From Pocillopora damicornis (lineage: Eukaryota), in the NCBI RefSeq assembly GCF_003704095.1, contig NW_020847159.1, positions 1 to 64,000 on the forward strand: DNA of 64,000 bases, given 5' to 3'. Made by a program: the position numbers and the translations under genes. Below are positions 13,871 through 26,381 of this stretch, one piece after another; position 1 is the first letter of the stretch; each line of letters starts with the position of its first letter. Below the pieces are notes generated by a model. The model searched no databases and was not told the DNA's origin. It saw only the letters and a list, made by a program, of their open reading frames with translations.

Positions 13871-14001
13871 CATGTATATATTTCCCTTTGTTCTGATTGG
13901 CCGTAGCAATTTCTTTGGTCTTGGTATAACGACACAATGAGAAAGCGCTCTAAACTAACTCTTTATTGCTATTGCTCTATTTTGCAGCAGAAACCCAGAC
14001 G

Positions 14002-15231
14002 ATGAGGCATTTCCGCTGCGGTGTACGACTACTAATCGTTGTGATCACCGGGTTGGCAATTGCAACGGTTGCCGTTTTACTGCTTCAAAGCATTCAGCAG
14101 ATGACGATTGCAGTTCCCGTGGAAACTAGTGAAAATCTCCAGATACAAGATTTTATTGACGAAATGACAAGAAGTACTCCGTATGAAGCAACAGCTTTGG
14201 AAAAGAAAGATTTGAGATTTAGTCCTGCGGCAACATATAATACTCTCAATAATTTTCCATTAAATCCCACGTCAACATCGGATTCTTCCGAACGGAGACG
14301 AAGTTTGGTCGTCTTCGGGGCAGACCGTTCGGGAACGACTTTTATCAGCCGAATGTTTAGCCAAGACCCTCAGGTATTCATGATCTACGAACCCCTCTGG
14401 GTAACGAAAAGGTGGAGGAAAACCGAACCACATCGAGACTGGTCGAGAAGTGAGCTGGAGGTGATAAATGGAATAATTAGCTGTAACTTTCCAGATTTTC
14501 CTATGGCAACACAATTTTTGGCCCACGCGTCACGCAACTGGGCAGCGGCACCGTTCAAAAATCCATTCCAAACAGTAAACTTCTGCAACGTTTCCAAGAC
14601 TGGTAAGAGCATGTGCCCTAACCTCTATCTCGCGCCGGAATTCGCCAAGGAGGCCTGTGCAACGAAATACAAGCACAGCGTTACTAAAGTAGCCCAGGTT
14701 CGTGTGCCTGACCTAATGCTTTCTAGCATCGTGCCGCAGGTGTTTATAGAGAACCCGGATACTGACGTCAAAGTCATTCAGATTCTCCGAGATCCGCGCG
14801 GAAGCTTGGACTCTAGAATTAAATTAGGCTGGATGCCAAAACACACATCGCCCTCGTTCACTTACCACGTGAAATTTCCATGCAATAAAATCGCGCAGAA
14901 TGTGAAATATGGAAGAAACTTGCCCGAAAAGTATCGTGACAAGATTATGGAAATATATTACCGAGACATAGCAATGTCCCCCGTAAAAACTGCCTTGAAA
15001 ATCTACCAATTTGCTGGATTTGAGATTTCGGAGGATTTAATTAAATGGATCGTTTTAAACACCAGTCCAAGCCAAGAAGCTCTTGCCAGAGAATCCTCAA
15101 GGGTGTTTTCTTCTGTTCGGAACTCTACGGCAAATATCGAAAAATGGCGCAGGGCCCCGGCAGAACAGAACAGGATAATAGAACGAGAGTGTCATGAACT
15201 AATGCAGCTGCTAGGAATCGAGAAGAGATGA
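14002..15231 (+). CDS. Golgi type II carbohydrate sulfotransferase, ST2, 409 aa
   Basis: First in-frame ATG at 14002 follows acceptor TTTGCAGCAG. Has TM LLIVVITGLAIATVAVLLL, GADRSGTT, YEPLW and LRDPRGSLDSR. Confidence 0.92.
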   Translation: MRHFRCGVRLLIVVITGLAIATVAVLLLQSIQQMTIAVPVETSENLQIQDFIDEMTRSTPYEATALEKKDLRFSPAATYNTLNNFPLNPTSTSDSSERRRSLVVFGADRSGTTFISRMFSQDPQVFMIYEPLWVTKRWRKTEPHRDWSRSELEVINGIISCNFPDFPMATQFLAHASRNWAAAPFKNPFQTVNFCNVSKTGKSMCPNLYLAPEFAKEACATKYKHSVTKVAQVRVPDLMLSSIVPQVFIENPDTDVKVIQILRDPRGSLDSRIKLGWMPKHTSPSFTYHVKFPCNKIAQNVKYGRNLPEKYRDKIMEIYYRDIAMSPVKTALKIYQFAGFEISEDLIKWIVLNTSPSQEALARESSRVFSSVRNSTANIEKWRRAPAEQNRIIERECHELMQLLGIEKR

Positions 15232-17082
15232 AGCATGAAATACAGTATTTACTTCAAGTGATAAGCTGCAAACGTTTGTACTGGTCTTTATTTATCANNN
15301 NNNNNNNNNNNNNNNNNNNNNNNNNNNNNNNNNNNNNNNNNNNNNNNNNNNNNNNNNNNNNNNNNNNNNNNNNNNNNNNNNNNNNNNNNNNNNNNNNNNN
15401 NNNNNNNNNNNNNNNNNNNNNNNNNNNNNNNNNNNNNNNNNNNNNNNNNNNNNNNNNNNNNNNNNNNNNNNNNNNNNNNNNNNNNNNNNNNNNNNNNNNN
15501 NNNNNNNNNNNNNNNNNNNNNNNNNNNNNNNNNNNNNNNNNNNNNNNNNNNNNNNNNNNNNNNNNNNNNNNNNNNNNNNNNNNNNNNNNNNNNNNNNNNN
15601 NNNNNAATTGGTGACGAGAATTTGGTGTCAGATCAAGATAACAACTTCCACCTAATTAGTTTGAGTATTCTCGTTTCCTGTTTGCTGGATAATTTATGGA
15701 TATTGTTGGGAGAAGTTACATGTAAATCACTTCTGGGAGTTTAAAGGTTAAGAAATAAAAGGCCTCAGTGTTTTATCAGGGTCACAGTCTTTACCAGAAA
15801 TAGCTGTACTCGATTAAATAGAAGTGCTGCTACATAGTGCTAGTTTTATTTCATAATCTTAAACATGAAAATTTTTAGGTCTAAATATTTATCCTCGGAG
15901 AAGACCGAACGAGAGTTGGTCGCGATTTCTCTGAAACAAGTTTCGAAGAAACACCGGGGAAGTGTAGTCGAGAAAATCGGTACTTTTGTCAAGAAAACTC
16001 GTGTCACTTCTCAACCAATCAGGTGCAAAGCGAAACTCATCATCAATATGTTACGCTCTCACGCGTTCAAAGCTTTGAAACTCTTTACGGCGGCCAATTC
16101 ACATTATCAACTCAGTTGATAAAACCAAAATTATCTTTTTACACTCCCCCACCGATGCAGTACCAAAGTTTCTATAGAAACTTACCCGCCTCTATATATT
16201 TCCCAGATTTGCAATGACCTTGCTTCATAACAATGGTTGGTGAGAGTATTTAGATACGAAAATGATTATCAATTCTCAAGCAAATGAAACTCACTTGCAA
16301 AACAAAGGTTTTGCACTAAAGCTTGTTTTCATGGTGAGAGCTTTTGGAAGTCGAAAATAACACATTAGGTATTAAAGAGATGAAAAAAAAGGTTTACTAG
16401 TGCTAATGACGTGGGAATACAGGCTAAAGGTTGTTTATTCTTAAAAGAAAAACTCTTGATATTTGACTAGGCTTCACTGTTCGTTTCGGAGCAGTATTAA
16501 AAATAACTTTAACAGACGTCAAAAATTTCTCAGCTTGACGCAACCTACTAGTTTTCTGTTTAATACAAATTAAGGAGTATTGAATGACCTATGAGTACGT
16601 AACCAATCACAACGAAGTATTTTTTAAACAGGTTATGAAACAATACTTTTCGGTAAGTTGTAGTTCCTTAGCACCGACTCCACAGTGTGTCGATGAAAAA
16701 TAGTTAGAAACGTGGCGAGATGTTCTGTAAAAAGTGTTGGCACTCTATGCAAAGGTAAGTATTTCATCAGAAGACTAGTTTAGTTCAGATGAAGTAACTG
16801 TGTTTTAGGTAAAGATATCTTGCGGCGAACCAACTTCCCATATGTAAATGCAGTGAATAATATTCCAAGAGCGGAAAAGCATTCAGCAATAATTTGATCG
16901 CGAGTTTGATAAAATTAGTCCTCATCAAAATTATTCGTTGACTGTCTTAGAGTACAATGAAACTTATACATTAAGCTTCATACTTGTTTTCTTTTGCTCT
17001 GTTTTTTATCTTATTATTATTTTTTTTCAATTTCTACTCGCAGTTCTGGGATTCTTTCAGTGATACACCGACCGGCGGAGAA

Positions 17083-17834
17083 ATGAATGACAGGAGAAAC
17101 ACCCCCTTTCGAATATGTAAGAAATTTTGTTTCCCATGCTCAATACTTCTGCTGTTCTTTTCCGCTGTTCTACTATGCAACTCCCATTATGGCCAATCTC
17201 CTTTCAAGTATAGTAAAGAGTTGATAAAGCCAAACAGGAGCTTGACTCAGAATAANNNNNNNNNNNNNNNNNNNNNNNNNNNNNNNNNNNNNNNNNNNNN
17301 NNNNNNNNNNNNNNNNNNNNNNNNNNNNNNNNNNNNNNNNNNNNNNNNNNNNNNNCAGACACCGACATCCGGGTTATCCAGCTTATTCGAGATCCCAGAG
17401 CGAGTTTAAGATCCCGGATTAAGTTAGGATGGATGGTAGACTGGACGCATTGGAATTTTCGAAAGTTAGTCAGAAAAGTTTGTTCAAACTTGGTCGCAAA
17501 CATCAAGTTTGGCCGAAACCTGGGCAAATGGCAAGACAGGTATTTAGAAGTACACTACCACGATCTGGCCGGAAAACCGCTGGAAACGACAAGAGCTATG
17601 TATGATTTTGCAGGATTTGAAATGCCCGATAGCATTGCCGACTGGGTGGTTCGCAATACTTCGCCGAGTAAAGAAGAACTGATGAAGGAAAGCAAAAAAA
17701 TATTCTCACCAACTCGAAATTCAACGGCTAATATTGATAAGTGGAAGCAAGATTCCCCAGTCGAAAGAATTCGAATAATTGAGGAATATTGTCAAGAAGC
17801 ACTTGATCTTCTGGGGCTGAAAAAAATGCTATAG
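17083..17834 (+). CDS. Carbohydrate sulfotransferase ST3-A (middle lost in assembly gap)
   Basis: N-terminus MNDRRNTPFRICKKFCFPCSILLLFFSAVLL and C-terminus IRDPRASLRSR...LLGLKKML match ST3-B. The 100-N gap stands for about 0.9 kb by comparison with copy B. Confidence 0.8.
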
Positions 17835-18840
17835 AACAAACAACAACTTCAACTGCACGGATTTGAAAATGACATAGATTTTCGTGGGAAAAAATAACCT
17901 GCCAATAAATGAAGATAAACAAGTAAATGAAGTTAAAGGAAAGGAAAAACAAATTATGAACAAAACTGAATCAATTATCAGTCGTACCCTTTCCCCTCCC
18001 CCTCCCCCTAATTATAATGGAATATTTAGCAAACAGAGATGGAGAATTGACAAACTTCTCAGCTTCAAGGTGTAACCTTAATGTAAATTGCAATTCTCTT
18101 TACTTAGTTGCAAAGGAATATGTAATAAAGTCACTTCTCTGATGATTCGCTAAAATAATCTTAATCATTCTTTTCATGCGTTTAGGTCCTAGAGAGAAAA
18201 AGTAAAAGGTTCCTTGTAATGAACTTAGAAGATTATCTCTTACATACAAACAATTATATTTGAAACAATGATCAGAAAAATTCGACAATCTGGAATCTGA
18301 AGAGCGACATCCAGGCATATTATTTCATAATTGGATGAAAATACGCAAAGCACATAGTTTGTATTAAGTGATTTCTATAAGTGAATTCTAACCTTGGCTC
18401 GTTAGATATTTGGAATTCTAGTCATTTTAGAAATAAACGAAGTCAGAACGTCAGATCAAAGAACCTGAGGGGATCACATGGTTTTCAGAGGGAACCGGGG
18501 GGATGATCAGTCGCCGCCAACGGAGTTTAAAGAGAGGACTATGGAAAATTGACTGTCTATGGGGGGAACTATAAGAATAATACAAAGCCGTATGGAGAGG
18601 GGGTCAGTAAATTTAGCGCGGCGCGCGGGCTCAGAGATATTTTCAATTTTGTAAGCACGCGTACAATTATAGTGTGTGCGAGTTTAGTGTTTTCAGAGCC
18701 GTACTTTTGAGGACTTTTTACGAAGTGTTATCATTTGTCGTGTTACTGTGTTGAGGTTGTTTTGGCCGATTAAACGTGGATTTGTTTTCCGAAGGGTTCT
18801 CCGTAATTTTGCCTGGGGAAAACGACCAAAATTCTCCTGC

Positions 18841-19050
18841 AACCCCTTAACTCCTAAGATCTGATTGTTAATTCTCGCTTCTAGCAACTGAACGTATCCT
18901 TGTAAATTAGTAACGAGAATTTGGTGTCAGATCAAGATAACAACTTCCACCTGATCAGTTTGGGTATTCTCGTTCCCTGTTTGCTGGATAATTTATGGAT
19001 ATTGTTGGGAGAAGTTACATGTAAATCACTTCTGGGAGTTTAAAGGTTAA
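18841..19050. mobile_element. TTAA-MITE copy at the A/B duplication junction (also 15606-15751 and 22790-22999)
   Basis: AACCCCTTAACTCC...GGGAGTTTAAAGGTTAA starts each duplicated unit. Confidence 0.8.
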
Positions 19051-20132
19051 GAAATAAAAGGCCTCAGTGTTTTATCAGGGTCCCAGTCTTTACCAGAAAT
19101 AGCTGTACTCGATTAAATAGAACTGCTGCTACATAGTGCTAGTTTTACTTCATAATCTTAAACGTGAAAATGTTCAGGTCAAAATACTTATCTTCGAAGA
19201 AGACCCAACGAAAGTTGGTTGCGAGTTTACTGCAACAAGTTTCGAAGAAACACCGGGGAAGTGTAGTCGAGAAAATCGGTACTTTTGTCAAGAAAACTCG
19301 TGTCACTTTTCAACCAATCAGGTGCAAAGCGAAACTCATCACCAATACGTTACACTCTCACGCGTTCAAAGCTTTGAATCTCTTTATGGTGGCCAATTCA
19401 CATTATCAACTCAGTTGATAAAAGCAAAATTATCTTTTTACACTCCCCCACCGATGCAGTACCACAGTTTCTATAGAAACTTACCCGCCTCTATATATTT
19501 TCCAGATTTGCAATGACCTTGCTTCAAAACAATGGTAGGTGAGAGTATTTATTAACGAGAATGACTATCAATTCTCAAGCAAATGAAACTCATTAGCAAA
19601 ACAAAGGTTACAAATATTAAGGAGTATTGAACGACCTACGAGTACGTAACCAATCACAACGAAGTATTTTTTTCAGATGTACACAGATTAGGAAATAATA
19701 TTTTCCAGTAAGTTGTAGTTCCTTAGCACCGACTCCACAGTGTGTCGATGAAAAATAGTTAGAAACGTGGCGAGATATTCTGTAAAAAGTGTTGGCACTT
19801 TATACAAGGGTAAGTATTTCATCAGAAGACTAGTTTAGTTCAGGTGAAGTAACCGTGTTTTTGCAAGATATCTTGCATGCAGGCCTTGATTTTTACACCA
19901 ATTTGACAGTTAACCCAGTGGAGCGAACCAACTTCCCATATGTAAATGCAGTGAAGAATATTCGAAAAGCGGAAAAGCATTCAGCAATAATTTGATGGCG
20001 AGTTTGATAAAATTAGTCCTCAGCAAAATTATTCGTTGACTGTCTTAAAGTACAATGAAACTTATTATTATTTTTCTCAATTTCTACTCACAGTTCCGGG
20101 GTTCTTTCAGTGATACACCGACCGGCGGAGAA

Positions 20133-21680
20133 ATGAATGTCAAGAGAAACACCCCCTTTCGAATATGTAAGAAATTTTGTTTCCCATGCGCAGTTCTTCT
20201 GCTGTTCTCTTCCGCTGTTCTACTGCATAACTCCCATTATGGCCAATCTCTTTTCAAGTATAGTAAAGAGTTAATAAAGCCAAACAGGAGCTTGACTCAG
20301 AATAAAACGGCACTCGTTACTCTTTTAACAAATCCAAACAAAACAAATTCACCCGAAGTAGTCCGAACATTGGCCGATGTCAATTCAGCATCATCTGAAG
20401 TTCAAAGAAGTTCACGACCGAAGATTTCCACAGGTTCAATTCCAAAGCCAGCTTTGGAAGCTCAGCCGATCCACCGCCTTCAACCAGAGCCGTCCGAAAT
20501 CAAAACAGGATCAAACCAAGAGCCTCAGTCGGAAGCCCGATCTACAAGCGACGTCCACTCTGTGTCATCCGGAGTTAGGCCGAAGAAAGACCAAGAGGAC
20601 CGATCTTCTTCCGAGGTTCATACAGTGTCACACTCAGTTCAGACAACTTCCAACTTTCGTTCAACAAATCGAAGTTCCCCTGAGTTACAACGGACTTTTC
20701 CGACCTCCACAAAGTCCCTTGATGTGGTATCGACGCCCCGACCCGAACGCCGCCGAAGTCTCCTAATCTATGGAGCCGGCCGTTCAGGCACAACATTCAC
20801 CACCAAAATGTTTGCCGAAGATCCACAACTTATGACTGTTTATGAACCGTTATGGATAATAACCAAATGGAACAAAGAAGACTCTAGTCAAATACCCAAT
20901 TGGACCAAAAACGTTCTTGATCTTCTTAGGGGAATTTTAAGTTGTAAGTTCGCCGAGACTGCCGCTGGTGTTAAATTCCTCTCGCACACCTCACGGAAAT
21001 GGAATGGAGCAAATGTCAAAAACCCTTTTCAGTCTCAAAACTTTTGCCCCAACTGGGAATGTAAAAAACTTTCCAGATCTGCCAAATACGCCGACACAGT
21101 ATGCCTAACAAAATACAAACACAGTGTAACGAAAATAGGGGAAACCAGGACACCCAACAGTTCAATTTCATCTTTTCTTCCAAAGGTGTTCTTAGAGAAT
21201 CCAGACACCGACATCCGGGTTATCCAGCTTATTCGAGATCCCAGAGCCAGTTTTAGATCCCGGATTAAGTTAAGATGGATGGTAGACTGGACGCATCGGA
21301 ATTTTCGAAAGTTAGTCAGAAAAGTTTGTTCAAACTTGGTCGCAAACATCAAGTTTGGCCGAAATCTGGGCAAATGGCAAGACAGGTATTTAGAAGTACA
21401 CTACCACGATCTAGCCGGAAAACCGCTGGAAACGACAAGAGCTATGTATGATTTTGCAGGATTTGAAATGCCCGATAGCATTGCCGACTGGGTGGTTCGC
21501 AATACTTCGCCGAGTAAAGAAGAACTGATGAAGGAAAGTAAAAACATATTCTCACCAACTCGAAATTCAACGGCTAATATTGATAAGTGGAAGCAAGATT
21601 CCCCAGTCGAAAGAATTCGGATAATTGAGGAATATTGTCAAGAAGCACTTGATCTTCTAGGACTGAAAAAAATGCTATAG
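20133..21680 (+). CDS. Carbohydrate sulfotransferase ST3-B, 515 aa, long Ser/Thr/Pro-rich stem
   Basis: ATG 20133 lies downstream of acceptor 20093. Has a TM anchor, GAGRSGTT, YEPLW, IRDPRASFRSR and VHYHDL. Confidence 0.92.
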   Translation: MNVKRNTPFRICKKFCFPCAVLLLFSSAVLLHNSHYGQSLFKYSKELIKPNRSLTQNKTALVTLLTNPNKTNSPEVVRTLADVNSASSEVQRSSRPKISTGSIPKPALEAQPIHRLQPEPSEIKTGSNQEPQSEARSTSDVHSVSSGVRPKKDQEDRSSSEVHTVSHSVQTTSNFRSTNRSSPELQRTFPTSTKSLDVVSTPRPERRRSLLIYGAGRSGTTFTTKMFAEDPQLMTVYEPLWIITKWNKEDSSQIPNWTKNVLDLLRGILSCKFAETAAGVKFLSHTSRKWNGANVKNPFQSQNFCPNWECKKLSRSAKYADTVCLTKYKHSVTKIGETRTPNSSISSFLPKVFLENPDTDIRVIQLIRDPRASFRSRIKLRWMVDWTHRNFRKLVRKVCSNLVANIKFGRNLGKWQDRYLEVHYHDLAGKPLETTRAMYDFAGFEMPDSIADWVVRNTSPSKEELMKESKNIFSPTRNSTANIDKWKQDSPVERIRIIEEYCQEALDLLGLKKML

Positions 21681-24600
21681 AACAAACAACTTCAATTGAA
21701 CGGATTTGAAAATGACACAGATTTTCGTGGGAAAAAATAAACTGCCAATAAATGAAGATAAAGGAAAGGAAACACGAATTTTAAACAAAACTGGATCAAT
21801 TCCTTGAATCACTTCACAGAGATGTGACTGACTAGCCTCCGTGCTGCCGTACCCTTTCCCCTCCCCCACCCCCTAATTATAATGGAATATTTAGCAAACA
21901 GAGATGGAGAATTGACAAACTTNNNNNNNNNNNNNNNNNNNNNNNNNNNNNNNNNNNNNNNNNNNNNNNNNNNNNNNNNNNNNNNNNNNNNNNNNNNNNN
22001 NNNNNNNNNNNNNNNNNNNNNNNNNNNNNNNNNNNNNNNNNNNNNNNNNNNNNNNNNNNNNNNNNNNNNNNNNNNNNNNNNNNNNNNNNNNNNNNNNNNN
22101 NNNNNNNNNNNNNNNNNNNNNNNNNNNNNNNNNNNNNNNNNNNNNNNNNNNNNNNNNNNNNNNNNNNNNNNNNNNNNNNNNNNNNNNNNNNNNNNNNNNN
22201 NNNAACCAACACAAATACCCGAATAAGATTTTGTAAGCATATGAACATCTTGAGTCACAACAGCTTGGAGTCATTCATAACCTCAGATAGCAGAATAGTC
22301 TTGAAATAGATGTTCTATGAGGTACACAACATCAGGAGAGTAGGAATGCAGCAGTAAGGGAAAAGTCATTATTTAACGCCGGGGGGAGGAGTGGGGCAAG
22401 CCGAGGATTTTGATGGGGATCTCATGGTTTTCAGAGGGAACGGGGGGGGGAAATCGGTCGCCGCCAACAGAGTTTAAAGAGAGGACTATAGAAAATTGAC
22501 TGCCTATGGGGGGGAATTATAAGGATAATACAAGGCCGTATGGGGAGGGGGTCAGGTAAATTTAGCGTGGCACGCGGGCTCAGAGATATTTTCAATTTTG
22601 TAAGCACGCGTACAATCATAGCGTGTGCGAGTTTAGTGTTTTCAGAGCCGTACTTTTTGAGGACTTTTTACGAAGTTTTATCATTTGTCGTGTTACTGTG
22701 TTGAGGTTGTTTTGGCCGATTAAACGTGGATTTGTTTTCCGAAGGGTTCTCCGTAATTTTGCCTGGGGACAACAACCAAAATCTCCTGCAACCCCTTAAC
22801 TTCTAAGATCTGATTGTTAATTCTCCCTTCGAGTTACTGAACGTATCCTTGTAAATTAGTAACGAGAATTTGGTGTCAGATCAAGATAACAACTTCCACC
22901 TGATCAGTTTGAGTATTCTCGTTCCCTGTTTGCTGGATAATTTATGGATATTGTTGGGAGAAGTTACATGTAAATCACTTCTGGGAGTTTAAAGGTTAAG
23001 AAATAAAAGGCCTCAGTGTTTTATCAGGGTCTCAGCTTTTACCAGAAAGAGCTGTACTCGATTAAATAGAACTTCTGCGACATACGGCTAGTTTTACTTC
23101 ATAATCTTAAACGTTAAAATGTTCAGGTCAAAATATTCATCTTCGAAGAAGACACAACGAAAATTGGTCGCGATTTCTCTGAAACAAGTTTCGAAGAAAC
23201 ACCGGGGAAGTGTAGTCGAGAAAATCGGTACTTTTGTCAAGAAAACTCGTGTCACTTTTCAACCAATCAGGTGCAAAGCGAAACTTATCATCAATACGTT
23301 ACGCTCTCACGCGTTTAAAGCTTTGAAACTCTTTACGGTGGCCAATTCACATAATCAACTCAGTTGATAAAAGCAAAATTATCTTTTTACACTCCCCCAC
23401 CGATGCAGCACCAAAGTTTCTATAGAAACTTACCCGCCTTTTTATATTTTCTAGATTTGCAATGACCCTGCTTCAAAACAATGGTATGTGAGAGTATTTA
23501 GATACGAAAATGATTATCAATTCTCAAGCAAATGAAACTCACTTGCAAAAAAAAGGTTTTGTCACTAAAGCTTGTTTTCATGGTGAGAGCTTTTGGAACT
23601 CGAAAATAAAACATTAGGTATTCAAGAGATGAAAAAAAAGGTTCACTAGTGCTAATGATGTGGGAATACATGCTAAAGGTTGTTTATTCTTAAACGAAAA
23701 ACTCTTGATATTTGACTAGGCTTCACTGTTCGTTTCGGGGCAGTACTAAACATAACTTTGACAGACGTCAAAAATTTCTCAGCTTGATGCAACCTAATAG
23801 TTTTCTATTGAATACAAATTAAGGAGTATTGAATGATCATCGAGTACGTAACCAATCACAATAAAGTTTTTTTTTCAGTGGTAAACAATTTATAAAAGAA
23901 AAATGTTTTCCAGTAGGATGTAGTTCCTAAGCACCGTCTCGACAGTGTGTCGATGAAAAATAGTTAGAAACGTGGCGAGATGTTCTGTAAAAAGTGCTGG
24001 CACTTTATACAAGGGTAAGTATCTCATCAGAAGACTAGTTTAGTTCAGATGAAGTAACCGTGTTTTTGCAAAAGATATCTTGCATGCGGGCCTCAAGGAA
24101 ACCTTCCTTTAGTATACATTTGCCATAGAAGCTCAGTGTAATGTCAAATATGAAAATACAACAGCACTTAAGAATTTCCATTCCAAAATGTTTTCTCAGA
24201 AAACATGTGTGAACAGACGGAAGCTTTTGGAGCCCGTCACTCACGTACAGAATTCGTCACACGGGTTAGATATTCAGGTAAATATATAAATATAGGTAGA
24301 ACAGACAACAACTTCAATTGAACCGATTTGAAAATGACATAGATTTTTTGTGGGAAAAAATGAAACATAGGTAAAAAGGGTTCATTCTAAAAACGTTCTA
24401 TAAATTCTCACTCAGTCGGTCGTAAAATGCTTAGGTTACGATGAACAATTCAACCTTACCAGCAGCATATACGTTTCTCCTCTGGACTAGCATTTGTTGA
24501 AAAATGATTCATTTATTGATTTTTACAGCAAATTATTTGACAGTTAACCCAGTGGGGCGAACCAACTTCCCGCATGCAATTGCAATGAAGAATAATCGAA

Positions 24601-24817
24601 AAGCAGAAAGCATTCAGCAATAATTGATCGCGAGTCTGATGAAATTTTTCCTCAGCAAAATTTTTTGACTGTCTTAGAGTACAATGAAACTTATAAATTA
24701 AGCTTCATACTTGTTTTCTTTTCCTTTGTTTCCTTTGTTTTTTATTTTATTATTATTTTTTTCAATTTCTACTCACAGTTCAGGGATTCTTTCAGTGATA
24801 CACCAACCGACGGAGAA

Positions 24818-26112
24818 ATGAATGACAGGAGAAACATCCCCTTTCGAATATGTAAGAAATTTTGTTTCCCATGCTCGATACTTCTGCTGTTCTCTTCCGC
24901 TGTTCTACTATGCAACTCCCATTATGGCCGATCTCTTTTCAAGTATAGTAAAGAGTTGATAAAGCCAATCAGGAGCTTGATTCAGAATAAAACGGCACTC
25001 GTTACTCTTTTAACAAATCCAAACAAAACAAATTCACCCGAAGTAGTTCGAGCATGGGCCGATGTCAATTCAGCATCATCCGAAGTTCAAAGAGGTTCAC
25101 GACCGAAGATTTCCACGGGTTCAATTCTAAAGCCAGCTTTGGAAGCTCGGCCGATCCAACGTGTTCAACCAGCGCCGTCCGAAATCAAAACAGGATCAAA
25201 CCAAGAGCCTCAGTCGGAAGCCCGATCTACTAGCGGCGTCCACTCCGTGTCATCAAAAGTTAGGCCGAAGAAGGACCAAGAGGACCGATCTCCTTCCGAG
25301 GTTCATACAGTGTCACACTCAGTTCAGACAACTTCCAACTTTCGCTCAACAAATCGTAATTCCCCTGAGTTGCAACGGACTTTTCCGACCTCCACAAATT
25401 CCCTTGATGCGGTATCGACGCCGCAACCCGAACGCCGCCGAAGTCTCCTAATCTATGGAGCCGACCGTTCAGGCACAACNNNNNNNNNNNNNNNNNNNNN
25501 NNNNNNNNNNNNNNNNNNNNNNNNNNNNNNNNNNNNNNNNNNNNNNNNNNNNNNNNNNNNNNNNNNNNNNNNNNNNNNNGAACACCCAACAGTTTAATCT
25601 CATCTTTTCTTCCAAAGGTATTCTTAGAGAATCCAGACACCGACATCCGGGTTATCCAGCTTATCAGGGATCCCAGAGCGAGTTTAAGATCCCGGATTAA
25701 GCTAGGGTGGATGGTGGACTGGACGCATTCAAGTTTTCCAAACTTAGTCAGAAAAATTTGTTCAAACTTGGTCGCAAACATCAAGTTTGGCCGAAACCTG
25801 GGCAAATGGCAAGACAAGTATTTAGAAGTTCACTACCACGATCTAGCCGGAAAACCGCTGGAAACGACAAGAGCTGTGTATAATTTTGCAGGATTTGAAA
25901 TGCCCGATAGCATTGCCGACTGGGTGGTTCGCAATACTTCGCCGAGTAAAGAAGAACTGATGAAGGAAAGTAAAAACATATTCTCACCAACTCGAAATTC
26001 AACGGCTAATATTGATAAGTGGAAGCAAGATTCTCCAGTCGAAAGAATTCAAATAATTGAGAAATATTGTAAAAAAGCACTTGATCTTCTAGGACTGAAA
26101 AAAATGCTATAG
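24818..26112 (+). CDS. Carbohydrate sulfotransferase ST3-C (gap in catalytic domain)
   Basis: Open frame on both sides of the N gap, with GADRSGT before it and IRDPRASLRSR after it. The gap stands for about 0.35 kb by comparison with copy B. Confidence 0.85.
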
Positions 26113-26284
26113 AACAAATAACAACTTCAATTGAACCGATTTGAAAATGACACAGATTTTCGTGGGAAAAAATAACCTGCCAACAAATGAAGATAAACAA
26201 GTAAATGAAGATAAAGGAAAGGAAAACGAATTATAAACAAAACTGGATCAATTCTTTGAATCACTTCACAGAGATGTGACTGAC

Positions 26285-26381
26285 TAGCCTACGTGTAGCC
26301 GTACCCTCCCCCCCAAAGTGAAATGGTTCCGCGCTTCCGTTTCACTTTTGGGGGGGGGAGGGTAAGACTACACGTGGGCAA
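26285..26381. mobile_element. 97-bp palindromic non-autonomous DNA transposon with 9-bp TSD
   Basis: TAGCCTACGTGTAG...CTACACGTGGGCAA forms a hairpin flanked by GTGACTGAC at 26276-26284 and 26382-26390. Confidence 0.8.

Noticed and set aside
20055-20132. N-terminal extensions of the ORF-track sulfotransferases (13966, 16984, 20055, 24665)
   Set aside because: They translate polypyrimidine tracts upstream of splice acceptors and differ by indels between copies.
21809-22274. ORFs spanning N runs (also 15228, 53106, 58887, 61974, 63333)
   Set aside because: Artefacts of assembly gaps.
15865-23367. Recurring small ORFs (MKIFRSKY..., MQSETHHQ...) at 15865, 16023, 19136, 19164 and 23119
   Set aside because: They recur only because the unit is triplicated. 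They run into a PLE-derived tail, their starts vary, and no domain is recognisable.
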